Positions 1-16,193 of a stretch of DNA of 64,000 bases are shown here, piece by piece; the stretch's first letter is position 1; each line of letters begins with the position of its first letter. This DNA comes from Eledone cirrhosa (taxonomy: Eukaryota). Under the pieces are notes generated by a model, which had not been told where the DNA came from, made no database searches, and saw nothing but the letters and a program-made list of their open reading frames with translations. Location: positions 23,746,001 to 23,810,000 of the forward strand of contig OZ024759.1 in NCBI GenBank assembly GCA_964016885.1, in the 5' to 3' direction. Both the position numbers and the translations under genes were made by a program.

Positions 1-517
<517 letters not shown>

Positions 518-869
518 TGAATAACAGAATTGAACGAACATTATTCTGCCGTCACAGAACTAAAACCCTTTTTTCCCACTACAAGCAGAATATTACATAA
601 AAGAGGGACATCCCCCAACTATATAAACCTTAATCTAGTTAGAAAAATATAAAAACAATCTCTTCTCAACATATATTAATAACCTTAAATTACCATACTA
701 ATAATGAAAAGATATGCCGATGAGAATAGGTACAAATATGCGATAATGAATGTGTCTAAAAACGTCCATAAGTATGTATATATATGTGAAAATGTATATA
801 AATAAGTAAATATATATATATGTTTGATGTGTATAGTTAGATGTAAGTGTATTCATGTATTAAAGTGCT

Positions 870-902
<33 letters not shown>

Positions 903-919
903 ATATGTGTGTATATATG

Positions 920-952
<33 letters not shown>

Positions 953-1546
953 ATGTATATGTATATATGTATATATATATATGTGTATGTATGTATGTGT
1001 ATATGGATGTGTATGTATGTGTATGTGTGTACACATGGACTAGAGTATGTATGTATATATGTGTGTGTCTATACGTGTGTATATATAAAGATAAGTTGAG
1101 TATGAAAATGTATACACATGAGCGCGTATGTATGTACATGAATACATGTGTGTATATATATGTGTATGCATGTGTATATATATGTAAGTATGAATATGTG
1201 AATTGTGAGTATATGTATTTTGTAGAGGTGTGCAAATATATTTGTGTGTGAATGCGTGGGTGAAAGAATACGTACACTTGAAAGAAAAATTTAAGTCTGA
1301 ATGTTAAGTGCAAACACAAAACCAACCACGCATATCTTTACTATCTCTAATCCTTCTATAGATTTAGAAAAATAACCAATAATATATTCTATAAAAAATG
1401 TCAAAACAACAGATGGGAATCTAATTAATCACTGCCACCAAGAATTCTCACTGCTATCGAAAAACCACTCCTTCAACTATTCTTCTAACAACTTCACCCC
1501 TCCCTCCTAATATTCTCTATAAAAACTAAATAGGTCCTCAGTAATA

Positions 1547-1663
1547 TTATTCTGATGAAATGACAGTAAATAATAACATTGAAATATTGAATGTCTGCAT
1601 AACTAAAAGTTTGTAGATAGCTGTTTTAGGTTATGTAACTGTTATAGAAACACGTGTCAATAA
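1547..1663 (+). ncRNA. Type I hammerhead ribozyme with minimal stem III and extended stem II (family A pLTR1)
   Basis: ttatt-CTGATGA(1552)-stem II atgacagt...actgttat-GAAAC(1647)-acgt-GTC(1656-58)-aataa. Confidence 0.85.
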
Positions 1664-1867
1664 ATTCCTTTCAACTAAACTGTATCCATTCAAATCTTTC
1701 TATTTTTCTCCGGATTACTTTTGGAACTACAACTGGAACCGTCGAGCAAACTCTACGTGAGCTGATAATCTACTGTGTGTAATATTTATATTACAACACA
1801 ACGGAAAAAACTGTATATTTACCTCCTGTAAAGTCGAGCAACCCACACAGCAAACGCAACCACAACA

Positions 1868-4188
1868 ATGGAAAAACACTACCTGGATATGTCACTCAAA
1901 AACATACCAACCCAAGGTAGAAAGGAATATTTATTGAGCATGATTCAAAAAACTAATGAATTCATTCGACGTGTCAGGTGGAAAACGCTCCACTATGATA
2001 GAAGCCGTATGAACTCAACATTAGAAAGTGGTGTAAACAAAAAATTCGGTTTTAGGACTTGTAAAAACCCACCCACCAACCCACTATTAGATGCATTTGA
2101 GCAGGACCTTATGAACTTAATCCTTAAAATTAAATTCAAAGGACGCAACACCAACAGCAAATTACAGAAAGATATAAAAAAACTACTGGACGACCTTAAA
2201 AACACCAAAGGAATTGTAGTAAAAGCGGACAAAACATCAAACCTGTACACTATGGATTGCACTACATACAACAACTTCATTCGAAAAGAATTACATAAAA
2301 AATATAGAAAAACGAGTGAAGTAACCCTTAAGCACATCAATGATGAGGCATGCGAAATAGTGAAAAATCTCGGAATCGAAGATAGGACAGGACCACTCTT
2401 ACCGGCGGTACCCACTTTCAATCTTAAGGACCACAAGGTAAACTTTGATAATGACCCTAAAATTAGATTAATCTGCCCCTCTAAATCAGATATAGGTAAA
2501 ATAAGCAAATATATCTTAGATAGAATCATCCCCCAAATTAAGGCTAAGGTTAACATTAAACTCTGGGGGAAGACCCAAGAAGCAATAAGATGGTTTAATA
2601 GCATTAGCAATAAGAATAAATCTAAGTTTATCCAGTTTGATATCGATGAATATTACTCATCGATATCACCTGAAACTTTGAATAGAGCCATTAAGTTTGC
2701 TAAGGATAACTCCGACCTTACAAACGATGAAATTAAGATTATATTAGAAGCTAGGAAAACTATAGTCAAATTTGAGAACAGTTATTGGGTACGTAAAGAT
2801 AGACCCTCTAACTTTGACATAACAATGGGCTCTTAACGATTCGGCGGAAATAACTGATATTGTGGGGTTATTTATCGCCTTTAGACTCCAGAAAATTCAG
2901 CAATCTCCACGGCGGAATATACCGCGACGATGTTCTCCTCCTAGCTAAAAACCTTAATAACCAAAAACTAGAAAAACTACGCAAAGATATAAGAAAACTA
3001 CTACTCGAAATAGGACTAACTATAACATATGAATACAACCTTAAAGTAGTTAACTTCCTGGATGTCACACTCAATTTAAACTCTGGTTTGATTAAACCGT
3101 TTCATAAATTGAATGAAAATCTCAAATACGTAAATGTTGGGTCTAACCACCCCATCTCTATAATTAAATCTATCCCTAAAAATATTTCCCTTAGAATCTC
3201 GAGTCTATCTTCTAACATACAAGTATTTAAGGAACACGCCGAGTACTACGATAACGCCCTTAGTAAAGCAGGCTACCTCAACAAAATAGAGTACATAGAT
3301 GGGAACAATCAAAACACCCAAAATAAATCCCACATAGGTAGATATAATAACACAACACCAAACCACACTTACTACCATAGTATGCACACCAGTAAACCAA
3401 CAAACAAAACTAATAGAAAGCGATGCAAAGAGTACTTATGGTATAACCCCGAATACAATAGCTCCATTAGTACAAATTTACCAGTACTCTTCTTTAAAAT
3501 AATTAAAAGACATTTTCCCACATCACACAAATACCACAAAATCCTAAACCCTACCACTATAAGACTGTCATACTCTACAGCGTTAAACCTTGAACAACAC
3601 ATAAAAAGATCAATACTAGAAGGTTAAACGAAAACACTAAGAACTTAAGTACAAAGAACACAAAAAAAACAGTAGACAATACACTACAGAACATAAATAA
3701 ACCACACCTAAGTTCGTCCGCAATACTACTCCAGAGAAAACCCAACGTACACAACTGTAACTGCACCTATCCTGACAACTGCCCCCTCGGCAATAACTGC
3801 CTGGAAAAAAATATTATTTATAAGTGTACCATTAAATCCGGAGGCAACGAGTGGTATTACGTGGGATCAACGGCAACATCGTTTAAATCTCGATTGTATA
3901 GGCATTCTTACTCAATAAAACACCAGAGCCAAAGAAATGTAACAACTTTAGCAGAAAAAGCTTGGACGCTCAGGGATAGCAATCAAAAGTTTACCCTAAA
4001 ATAGGAAAAATTAGCTAAAACCCTGAGCTTTTCCAGGAGCCAAAATTTCTGCAAATTGTGTAATCTTGAGATTTATTACATAATCACACACAAGAAGAAA
4101 CTGCTGAATAACAGAATTGAACGAACATTATTCTGCCGTCACAGAACTAAAACCCTTTTTTTCCCACTACAAGCAGAATATTACATAA
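1868..4188 (+). pseudogene. PLE ORF (RT + GIY-YIG endonuclease), disrupted by frameshifts and a stop
   Basis: Motifs KADKT, IRLICP, FDIDEYYSSI, ITMGS, IYRDD, FLDV, then CNCx5C, IIYKC..YVGST, CKLC and CRHR. Relative to the copy at 14320-15831 there are 1-nt indels near 2833, 2890, 3605 and 4160, and TGG>TAG near 4002. Confidence 0.9.
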
Positions 4189-4456
4189 AAGAGGGACATC
4201 CCCCAACTATATAAACCTTAATCTAGTTAGAAAAATATAAAAACAATCTCTTCTCAACATATATTAATAACCTTAAATTACCATACTAATAATGAAAAGA
4301 TATGCCGATGAGAATAGGTACAAATATGCGATAATGAATGTGTCTAAAAACGTCCATAAGTATGTATATATATGTGAAAATGTATATAAATAAGTAAATA
4401 TATATATATGTTTGATGTGTATGGTTAGATGTAAGTGTATTCATGTATTAAAGTGC

Positions 4457-4494
<38 letters not shown>

Positions 4495-4511
4495 ATATGT
4501 GTGTATATATG

Positions 4512-4544
<33 letters not shown>

Positions 4545-5138
4545 ATGTATATGTATATATGTATATATATATATGTGTATGTATGTATGTGTATATGGAT
4601 GTGTATGTATGTGTATGTGTGTACACATGGACTAGAGTATGTATGTATATATGTGTGTGTCTATACGTGTGTATATATAAAGATAAGTTGAGTATGAAAA
4701 TGTATACACATGAGCGCGTATGTATGTACATGAATACATGTGTGTATATATATGTGTATGCATGTGTATATATATGTAAGTATGAATATGTGAATTGTGA
4801 GTATATGTATTTTGTAGAGGTGTGCAAATATATTTGTGTGTGAATGCGTGGGTGAAAGAATACGTACACTTGAAAGAAAAATTTAAGTCTGAATGTTAAG
4901 TGCAAACACAAAACCAACCACGCATATCTTTACTATCTCTAATCCTTCTATAGATTTAGAAAAATAACCAATAATATATTCTATAAAAAATGTCAAAACA
5001 ACAGATGGGAATCTAATTAATCACTGCCACCAAGAATTCTCACTGCTATCGAAAAACCACTCCTTCAACTATTCTTCTAACAACTTCACCCCTTCCTCCT
5101 AATATTCTCTATAAAAACTAAATAGGTCCTCAGTAATA

Positions 5139-5255
5139 TTATTCTGATGAAATGACAGTAAACAATAACATTGAAATATTGAATGTCTGCATAACTAAAA
5201 GTTTGTAGATAGCTGTTTTAGGTTATGTAACTGTTATAGAAACACGTGTCAATAA
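5139..5255 (+). ncRNA. Type I hammerhead ribozyme (family A pLTR2)
   Basis: Same fold as 1547-1663: CTGATGA 5144, GAAAC 5239, GTC 5248-50. Confidence 0.85.
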
Positions 5256-5294
5256 ATTCCTTTCAACTAAACTGTATCCATTCAAATCTTTCTA

Positions 5295-5316
5295 TATATA
5301 TATATGTATATATATG

Positions 5317-5365
<49 letters not shown>

Positions 5366-6038
5366 GTATATATATATGTATATATATATGTATATATATA
5401 TGTATATGTATATATGTATATGTATATATGTATATGTATATATATATATGTATATGTATATATATATATGTATATATATATATGTATATATATATATGTA
5501 TATATATATATGTATATGTATATATGTATATGTATATATATATATGTCTATATATATATGTATATGTATATATATATATGTATATATATATATGTATATA
5601 TATATATGTATATATATATATGTATATGTATATATATATATGTATATGTATATATATATATGTATATATATATATGTATATATATATATGTATATGTATA
5701 TATATATATGTATATATATATATGTATATATATATATGTATATATATGTATATATATATATGTATATATATATATGTATATATATATATGTATATATATA
5801 TATGTATATATATATATGTATATATATATATGTATATATGTATATATATATATATATGTATATATATATGTATATATATATATGTATATGTATATATGTA
5901 TATATATATATGTATATATATGTATATGTATATATATGTATATGTATATATATGTATATGTATATATATATGTATATGTATATATATATATGTATATGTA
6001 TATATATATATATGTATATATATATATGTATATATATG

Positions 6039-6071
<33 letters not shown>

Positions 6072-6284
6072 GTATATATGTATATATATATATGTATATA
6101 TATATATATGTATATATATATGTATGTATATATATATGTATGTATATATATATATGTATATATATATGTATGTATATATGTATGTATATATATATGTATG
6201 TATATATATATGTATATATATATGTATATATATATATGTATATATATATCTATGTATATATATCTATGTATATATATATATATG

Positions 6285-6322
<38 letters not shown>

Positions 6323-6380
6323 TATGTATGTATGTATGTATATATATATATGTATGTATATATATATATGTATATATATG

Positions 6381-6427
<47 letters not shown>

Positions 6428-6453
6428 GTATATATATGTATATATATATATAT
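5295..6453. repeat. (TA)n/(TATG)n microsatellite
   Basis: Direct reading. Confidence 0.97.
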
Positions 6454-6455
6454 GC

Positions 6456-7114
6456 GAACTAAGGAAAAAATTAGAAATAAGAGGGATCAGATGTTGTTTA
6501 CTCGAGAGAAGGCTACGTTGGTATGGACACTTGATGCGCATGAAAGTCGATAGCTGTATAACAAAGTGCAGGCCAATAAAGATAGACGGTAGCCACGGAA
6601 TAGGCAGACCTAGAAAAACCTGGGACGAGCTGATAAACTCCGACCTCACACACTTACACCTCTCCAAGACAATGTCACTGGACCGAGACCTTTGGCGGTA
6701 CTCAGTAACAGAGAAGACCCGCCTTACCTAAATACATAGTAAAACCTACTACAGCCAGTAGGCATCTCTAACAAAATACACACCCCCACCTCATCCACAC
6801 CACCCCGTTCTATGTAAAGTTATGTTGGTGTCGCGCCATCCAGGCCGAAACAAATGAGATCGTGTAGGTGTCACGACAAAAAAACACACAGTCCACGCTG
6901 TAATGTGGCCGTGTAGGCAACACGGTAAAAACCTCCCAGACCCACACTGTAAATGTGGTTGGTGTTAGGAAGGGCATCCAACTGTAGAAAACCTGCCAGA
7001 CAGTCCTATGCGAGCAAGACAATCACTCTTGCCTCAAGTGGGACTACCCCCGTCCAAACCCATGCAAGCGTGGAACACGGACGTTAAACGTTGATGATGA
7101 TGATGATGATGATG
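6456..7114 (+). mobile_element. RTE-clade LINE, 5'-truncated 3' end
   Basis: [13 protein letters not shown]...GRPRKTW...DRDLWR C-terminus, 3'UTR and (GAT)n tail; highly similar to 52780-53444. Confidence 0.85.
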
Positions 7115-7366
7115 TATATATATATATATGTATATATCTATATATATGTATATATCTATATATATGTATATATCTATATATATGTATATATATATATATG
7201 TATGTATATATATATATATGTATATATCTATATATATGTATATATATGTATATATCTATATATATGTATATATCTATATATATGTATATATCTATATATA
7301 TGTATATATCTATATATATGTATATATCTATATGTATATATATATATGTATATATCTATATATATG

Positions 7367-7398
<32 letters not shown>

Positions 7399-7412
7399 TA
7401 TAATTATTTCAC

Positions 7413-7460
<48 letters not shown>

Positions 7461-7470
7461 TTCACCCTAG

Positions 7471-7501
<31 letters not shown>

Positions 7502-7527
7502 ATTATTTCACGTATATATATATATAC

Positions 7528-7601
<74 letters not shown>

Positions 7602-7769
7602 GTATATATATATATAATAATTATTTCACGTTGCTCCTTCTACCTGGAGTTGCGACCGATAGATAGTATTAGCAATTGGAAAGACCAACGGAAACATTGT
7701 TTCCTCGGTCCGATTTGACGAAAGTCGATCGATAAAAAAAATATATATATATACATATATATAAGTTAT

Positions 7770-7955
7770 TCCGGGTTGAATCGGAGGTAACTACAGTAAA
7801 TAAGGTACTCAATACATAGCAGAGTATAAATGTTTTAATATAGAAGAGCTTCTACAGGACTAGAACTGTTTCATTCGTGAGAAATCATCAGGAAGCTCCT
7901 GATGATATCTCATGAATGAAACAGTTCTATTCCTGCAGAAGCTCTTCTATATTAA
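7770..7955. mobile_element. Short non-coding PLE-type insertion: tail plus inverted pair of hammerheads
   Basis: Palindrome ~7835-7955 centred on ggaAGCtcc; same layout and upstream tail as 32860-33054. Confidence 0.75.
7847..7897 (-). ncRNA. Type I hammerhead ribozyme
   Basis: Minus strand reads agcttc-CTGATGA-tttctcacgaat-GAAAC-ag-ttctagtc-ct-GTA-gaagct, with a 6-bp stem I. The plus-strand mirror (7894-7943) has GCA instead of GTA. Confidence 0.82.
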
Positions 7956-8095
7956 TATATATATAAGCAGAAGGGATATTCAATTTGTTGGTAATTCAAC
8001 AAATATAAATGTTTATAACTGATTCAGAGCACTCAACAGTTTTCTGGAGTATAATATACAATGATATTAAATAAATGGAAACTATATATATAAAA

Positions 8096-9516
8096 CACTC
8101 TCAAGCCACATACAACAACCTAGCCTTTGAACATCTAAGCGACAATGAACTATATACAGAGATCCCGGACATGACTGCAGCCCAGATCGAAAAACAGACC
8201 AACTCCATCTGGTCCGACATCTGAAGGAGAAGACAACCCCCAAATAAAGTTAAGCTCAACTATACCACTAGAAATAGCAGACTTCCCACTTTCTACCACC
8301 TCATCAAGACCCACAAGAATAGTACTAAGATCCATCGTCTCTAACATAGTAGGACCCCTATACAAAATCTCCTGGCTCCTCTCCCAGGTCCTCAAGCCTC
8401 TACTCTCCACCTTTCCCGGGCATGTCAGTAGCTCCGACGAAGTCATATGTAGACTACACCAACTCCAGCCAGAACAACTTAAACTAAATAGATACGCCTT
8501 TAGCCTCGACGTTGTCTCCCTCTACACTACAGTCCCCGCTCACCCAGCTGTTGATTTATTGGTGGACTGCGTGATCGCAGAGGACATCCACTACTACGGC
8601 CTCCATCCGACGGACGTACACCAACTTTTGTCCTTCACAGTGGACAACACGTACGTCACCTTCCACCACCACACATACAGACAGTCCCTACTGGACTTCC
8701 AACTCAGGATAACAGAGGAAGGCAACATCCACACCTGCTTCTATAAAAAAAAGCCGCCAGTAGGGACCTGTTCTTACATTTCAGACCCCCCCCCCCCCAG
8801 CCACCGCTAAGTTCGGATACATAAGGACGAACTAACACGTATCCGGAACAAATGCACCGACGCTAGAGACCGAGACACACACCACACATTTCCTGGAAGT
8901 ACTCAAACTGAACGGATACACGACATCCACCACAAACCGTGCTAGAAAGAACTGGACACCACACCCGAGGCACTAACACTTGCTTCCTGAAGCTCCCACA
9001 CTTCAGTGATGAAACAACAACAGCCATCCGCAGAGCTATCAGACGAGAGGGACTAGATATCCAACTGGCCCACTCAGGACCTTCTCTACGCGGACAGCTA
9101 ACCAAAAGACACTCCACCAGACATGACAACCGCTGCAGGCTAGCCAACTGCCCCATCAACGACACAGACCTATGCCACCAGGCTTACGTCGTATACAAAC
9201 TAGAGTGCGACAAATGCAGCAACTTCTACGTAGGTAGCACCACCATACCACTCCACATAAGAATAAAAGAACACCTCAATACTAACGCTTCCTCATTTAA
9301 GAAACACCTAGTGAAATCCAAAAACACCGACAAAACCATAACAGTTAGGATAGAAACTAAGGAAAGAAACCTCGGCAATCTTAGAATTAAGGAAGCACTA
9401 ATTATAGACAAAACACAACCACCAATCAATAATAGACTAGAACTCAACACCCAATTTATAACTTGATAGAGCATCTAGCCCCATAATTACCCCCCCCCTA
9501 CCCCCCCACACACACG

Positions 9517-9598
<82 letters not shown>

Positions 9599-10076
9599 TA
9601 CACCTCCACTTATTCTCTCTCACACACACACACACAAAGACCAGTTCTATCCCCCACATTTACGTATAGACATATATTCTCACACTCACACACACACATA
9701 CTTACACATTCACGCATTCTCCCACACACTTAAACAGACATGTACAAAAAAAACCTTTAAAGGGAGACTACTCTTTATCCACCTAACCTTAACTCTTTGA
9801 CATAGAGATAGAACAGATACTCTATACCATTTCCTGTCAGCATGACTTGGCAAGCTATTTAGAACACTGGTTTAATCGCTTTAGTTCCCTCCGAAGAAGA
9901 GATATCTCGAAAATTAAGGACATTTAAATAAATCTAAGGTAAAAGACTAATTGTCAACAATATCTTTTCCATTTGCATTTTTTTTATTCTATGTCCATAC
10001 CTGCATTGTTTGGCTTTACAAATTCAAACGTTTATACCTCATTACACAATGCTTCAAGTGAACTATAACTTCCTCC
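8096..10076 (+). mobile_element. Penelope-like retroelement family B, 5'-truncated and internally deleted
   Basis: RT remnants (FYHLIKTHK, SIVSN, SLDVVSLYTTVP, DNTYVTF) and a GIY-YIG domain (VVYKLECDKCSNFYVGST..RIKEH..IKEALII..IN) ending at 9466. The MGS/YxDD block is missing near 8685. Confidence 0.85.
9888..9919 (+). ncRNA. Candidate minimal hammerhead in the family B 3' region
   Basis: cct-CCGAAGA-a-gagatatctc-GAAA-at-TA-agg. Variant core (CCGA) and only a 3-bp stem I. Confidence 0.4.
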
Positions 10077-10143
10077 ATATATATATATATATGAAAGACG
10101 TAAATAAGAAAGTTATGAAAATTGACTTACTTACTAAAATTTC

Positions 10144-10224
10144 ACTCCAACTAATTAGTTTCTGTAAGGGGATAAATATGGTTACGGAGCGTATCCATAG
10201 AGAAGCCTTACGTCATCAGGGAGT
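10144..10224 (-). ncRNA. Type I hammerhead ribozyme with extended stem II
   Basis: Minus strand reads actcc-CTGATGA-c-gtaagg...ccttac-a-GAAAC-taatta-GTT-ggagt. Perfect stem I and palindromic ACTAATTAGT at stem III. Confidence 0.78.
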
Positions 10225-10573
10225 CTATTCTCAGCTAAGCTTCCAGGCAATGCGGGGACACTGGGAACTTATATAAAGATAATTCAGTGGATGGAAAAAG
10301 CGAGCGGGGGCTAGATTCCAAGACATTGAAAAATTCACTGCCTACTTGGTCAAGTGGCAAATTCAAAAGAATCAATCACGCGACACTGAGGTTAATCAGC
10401 GAGGAGTGGGGTGCTATTAAGACAGAGCCTAGCCACTACTATTAATCACAGTAGTAATTTCGGCAAGTTTTGCTCACAAATAATTTGGAGATAATTATAA
10501 AGAATTAGTATATCTACCAACATATATATACAGATGCATACCTATGTTAGCAAATATATATGTTTTGTCTTAG

Positions 10574-12937
<2,364 letters not shown>

Positions 12938-12992
12938 TATATATATATATATATAGAAAGATTTGAATGGATACAGTTTAGTTGAAAGGAAT

Positions 12993-13109
12993 TTATTGAC
13001 ACGTGTTTCTATAACAGTTACATAACTTAAAACAGCTATCTACAAACTTTTAGTTATGCAGACATTCAATATTTCAATGTTATTATTTACTGTCATTTCA
13101 TCAGAATAA
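12993..13109 (-). ncRNA. Type I hammerhead ribozyme (family A inverted pLTR)
   Basis: Reverse complement of the 1547-1663 motif. Confidence 0.85.
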
Positions 13110-13520
13110 TATTACTGAGGACCTATTTAGTTTTTATAGAGAATATTAGGAGGGAGGGGTGAAGTTGTTGGAAGAATAGTTGAAGGAGTGGTTTTTCGAT
13201 AGCAGTGAGAATTCTTGGTGGCAGTGAGTAATTAGATTCCCATCTGTTGTTTTGACATTTTTTATAGAATATATTATTGGTTATTTTTCTAAATCTATAG
13301 AAGGATTAGAGATAGTAAAGATATGCGTGGTTGGTTTTGTGTTTGCACTTAATTAACATTCAGACTTAAATTTTTCTTTCAAGTGTACGTATCCTTTCAC
13401 CCACGCATTCACACACAAATATATTTGCACACCTCTACAAAATACATATACTCACAATTCACATATTCATACTTACACATCCATATACACATATATACAT
13501 ACATATATATATATACATAC

Positions 13521-13567
<47 letters not shown>

Positions 13568-14040
13568 CATATATACATACACATACATATACACATATAT
13601 ACATACACATATATATATAAGCACTTTAATACATGAATACACTTACATCTAACTATACACATCAAACATATATATATATTTACTTATTTATATACATTTT
13701 CACATATATATACATACTTATGGACGTTTTTAGACACATTCATTATCGCATATTTGTACCTATTCTCATCAGCATATCTTTTCATTATTAGTATGGTAAT
13801 TTAAGGTTATTAATATATGTTGAGAAGAGATTGTTTTTATATTTTTCTAACTAGATTAAGGTTTATATAGTTGGGGGATGTCCCTCTTTTATGTAATATT
13901 CGGCTTGTAGTGGGAAAAAAGGGTTTTAGTTCTGTGACGGCAGAATAATGTTCGTTCAATTCTGTTATTCAGCAGTTTCTTCTTGTGTGTGATTATGTAA
14001 TAAATCTCAAGATTACATAATTTGCAGAAATTTTGGCTCC

Positions 14041-15831
14041 TTACCGGCGGTACCCACCTTCAATCTTAAGGACCACAAGGTAAACTTTGATAATGACCCT
14101 AAAATTAGATTAATCTGCCCCTCTAAATCAGATATAGGTAAAATAAGCAAATATATCTTAGATAGAATCATCCCCCAAATTAAGGCTAAGGTTAACATTA
14201 AACTCTGGGGGAAGACCCAAGAAGCAATAAGATGGTTTAATAGCATTAGCAATAAGAATAAATCTAAGTTTATCCAGTTTGATATCGATGAATATTACTC
14301 ATCGATATCACCTGAAACTTTGAATAGAGCCATTAAGTTTGCTAAGGATAACTCCGACCTTACAAACGATGAAATTAAGATTATATTAGAAGCTAGGAAA
14401 ACTATAGTCAAATTTGAGAACAGTTATTGGGTACGTAAAGATAGACCCTCTAACTTTGACATAACAATGGGCTCTAACGATTCGGCGGAAATAACTGATA
14501 TTGTGGGGTTATTTATCGCCTTTAGACTCCAGGAAAAATTCAGCAATCTCCACGGCGGAATATACCGCGACGATGTTCTCCTCCTAGCTAAAAACCTTAA
14601 TAACCAAAAACTAGAAAAACTACGCAAAGATATAAGAAAACTACTACTCGAAATAGGACTAACTATAACATATGAATACAACCTTAAAGTAGTTAACTTC
14701 CTGGATGTCACACTCAATTTAAACTCTGGTTTGATTAAACCGTTTCATAAATTGAATGAAAATCTCAAATACGTAAATGTTGGGTCTAACCACCCCATCT
14801 CTATAATTAAATCTATCCCTAAAAATATTTCCCTTAGAATCTCGAGTCTATCTTCTAACATACAAGTATTTAAGGAACACGCCGAGTACTACGATAACGC
14901 CCTTAGTAAAGCAGGCTACCTCAACAAAATAGAGTACATAGATGGGAACAATCAAAACACCCAAAATAAATCCCACATAGGTAGATATAATAACACAACA
15001 CCAAACCACACTTACTACCATAGTATGCACACCAGTAAACCAACAAACAAAACTAATAGAAAGCGATGCAAAGAGTACTTATGGTATAACCCCGAATACA
15101 ATAGCTCCATTAGTACAAATTTACCAGTACTCTTCTTTAAAATAATTAAAAGACATTTTCCCACATCACACAAATACCACAAAATCCTAAACCCTACCAC
15201 TATAAGACTGTCATACTCTACAGCGTTAAACCTTGAACAACACATAAAAAAGATCAATACTAGAAGGTTAAACGAAAACACTAAGAACTTAAGTACAAAG
15301 AACACAAAAAAAACAGTAGACAATACACTACAGAACATAAATAAACCACACCTAAGTTCGTCCGCAATACTACTCCAGAGAAAACCCAACGTACACAACT
15401 GTAACTGCACCTATCCTGACAACTGCCCCCTCGGCAATAACTGCCTGGAAAAAAATATTATTTATAAGTGTACCATTAAATCCGGAGGCAACGAGTGGTA
15501 TTACGTGGGATCAACGGCAACATCGTTTAAATCTCGATTGTATAGGCATTCTTACTCAATAAAACACCAGAGCCAAAGAAATGTAACAACTTTAGCAGAA
15601 AAAGCTTGGACGCTCAGGGATAGCGACCAAAAGTTTACCCTAAAATGGGAAAAATTAGCTAAAACCCAAAGCTTTTCCAGGAGCCAAAATTTCTGCAAAT
15701 TATGTAATCTTGAGATTTATTACATAATCACACACAAGAAGAAACTGCTGAATAACAGAATTGAACGAACATTATTCTGCCGTCACAGAACTAAAACCCT
15801 TTTTTCCCACTACAAGCCGAATATTACATAA
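14041..15831 (+). CDS. PLE RT + GIY-YIG ORF, open frame but 5'-truncated
   Basis: Track ORF 14320-15831 (503 aa) has ITMGS, IYRDD, CNCx5C, YVGST, CKLC and CRHR. The frame continues upstream to the inversion junction. Confidence 0.85.
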   Translation, partial: LPAVPTFNLKDHKVNFDNDPKIRLICPSKSDIGKISKYILDRIIPQIKAKVNIKLWGKTQEAIRWFNSISNKNKSKFIQFDIDEYYSSISPETLNRAIKFAKDNSDLTNDEIKIILEARKTIVKFENSYWVRKDRPSNFDITMGSNDSAEITDIVGLFIAFRLQEKFSNLHGGIYRDDVLLLAKNLNNQKLEKLRKDIRKLLLEIGLTITYEYNLKVVNFLDVTLNLNSGLIKPFHKLNENLKYVNVGSNHPISIIKSIPKNISLRISSLSSNIQVFKEHAEYYDNALSKAGYLNKIEYIDGNNQNTQNKSHIGRYNNTTPNHTYYHSMHTSKPTNKTNRKRCKEYLWYNPEYNSSISTNLPVLFFKIIKRHFPTSHKYHKILNPTTIRLSYSTALNLEQHIKKINTRRLNENTKNLSTKNTKKTVDNTLQNINKPHLSSSAILLQRKPNVHNCNCTYPDNCPLGNNCLEKNIIYKCTIKSGGNEWYYVGSTATSFKSRLYRHSYSIKHQSQRNVTTLAEKAWTLRDSDQKFTLKWEKLAKTQSFSRSQNFCKLCNLEIYYIITHKKKLLNNRIERTLFCRHRTKTLFSHYKPNIT

Positions 15832-16152
15832 AAGAGGGACATCCCCCAACTATATAAACCTTAATCTAGTTAGAAAAATATAAAAACAATCTCTTCTCAA
15901 CATATATTAATAACCTTAAATTACCATACTAATAATGAAAAGATATGCTGATGAGAATAGGTACAAATATGCGATAATGAATGTGTCTAAAAACGTCCAT
16001 AAGTATGTATATATATGTGAAAATGTATATAAATAAGTAAATATATATATATGTTTGATGTGTATAGTTAGATGTAAGTGTATTCATGTATTAAAGTGCT
16101 TATATATATATGTGTATGTATATATGTGTATATGTATGTGTATGTATATATG

Positions 16153-16193
<41 letters not shown>

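Larger units (their letters stand above)
518..5294 (+). mobile_element. Penelope-like retroelement family A (probably Hydra clade), partial tandem: pLTR - leader - RT/GIY-YIG ORF - pLTR
   Basis: Direct repeats 518-1702 and 4105-5294 (~1.19 kb; ORF 3' end, 3'UTR and hammerhead) flank an RT+EN ORF. Both ends lie in (TA)n. Confidence 0.93.

Noticed and set aside
1993-2610. Antisense ORF over the PLE RT (and similar ones over the LINEs)
   Set aside because: Shadow frames of the retroelement ORFs with no recognisable motifs.
15945-15965. Extra CTGATGAG in the family A 3'UTR
   Set aside because: No matching stem II/GAAA partner, and it reads CCGATGA in the other element copy.
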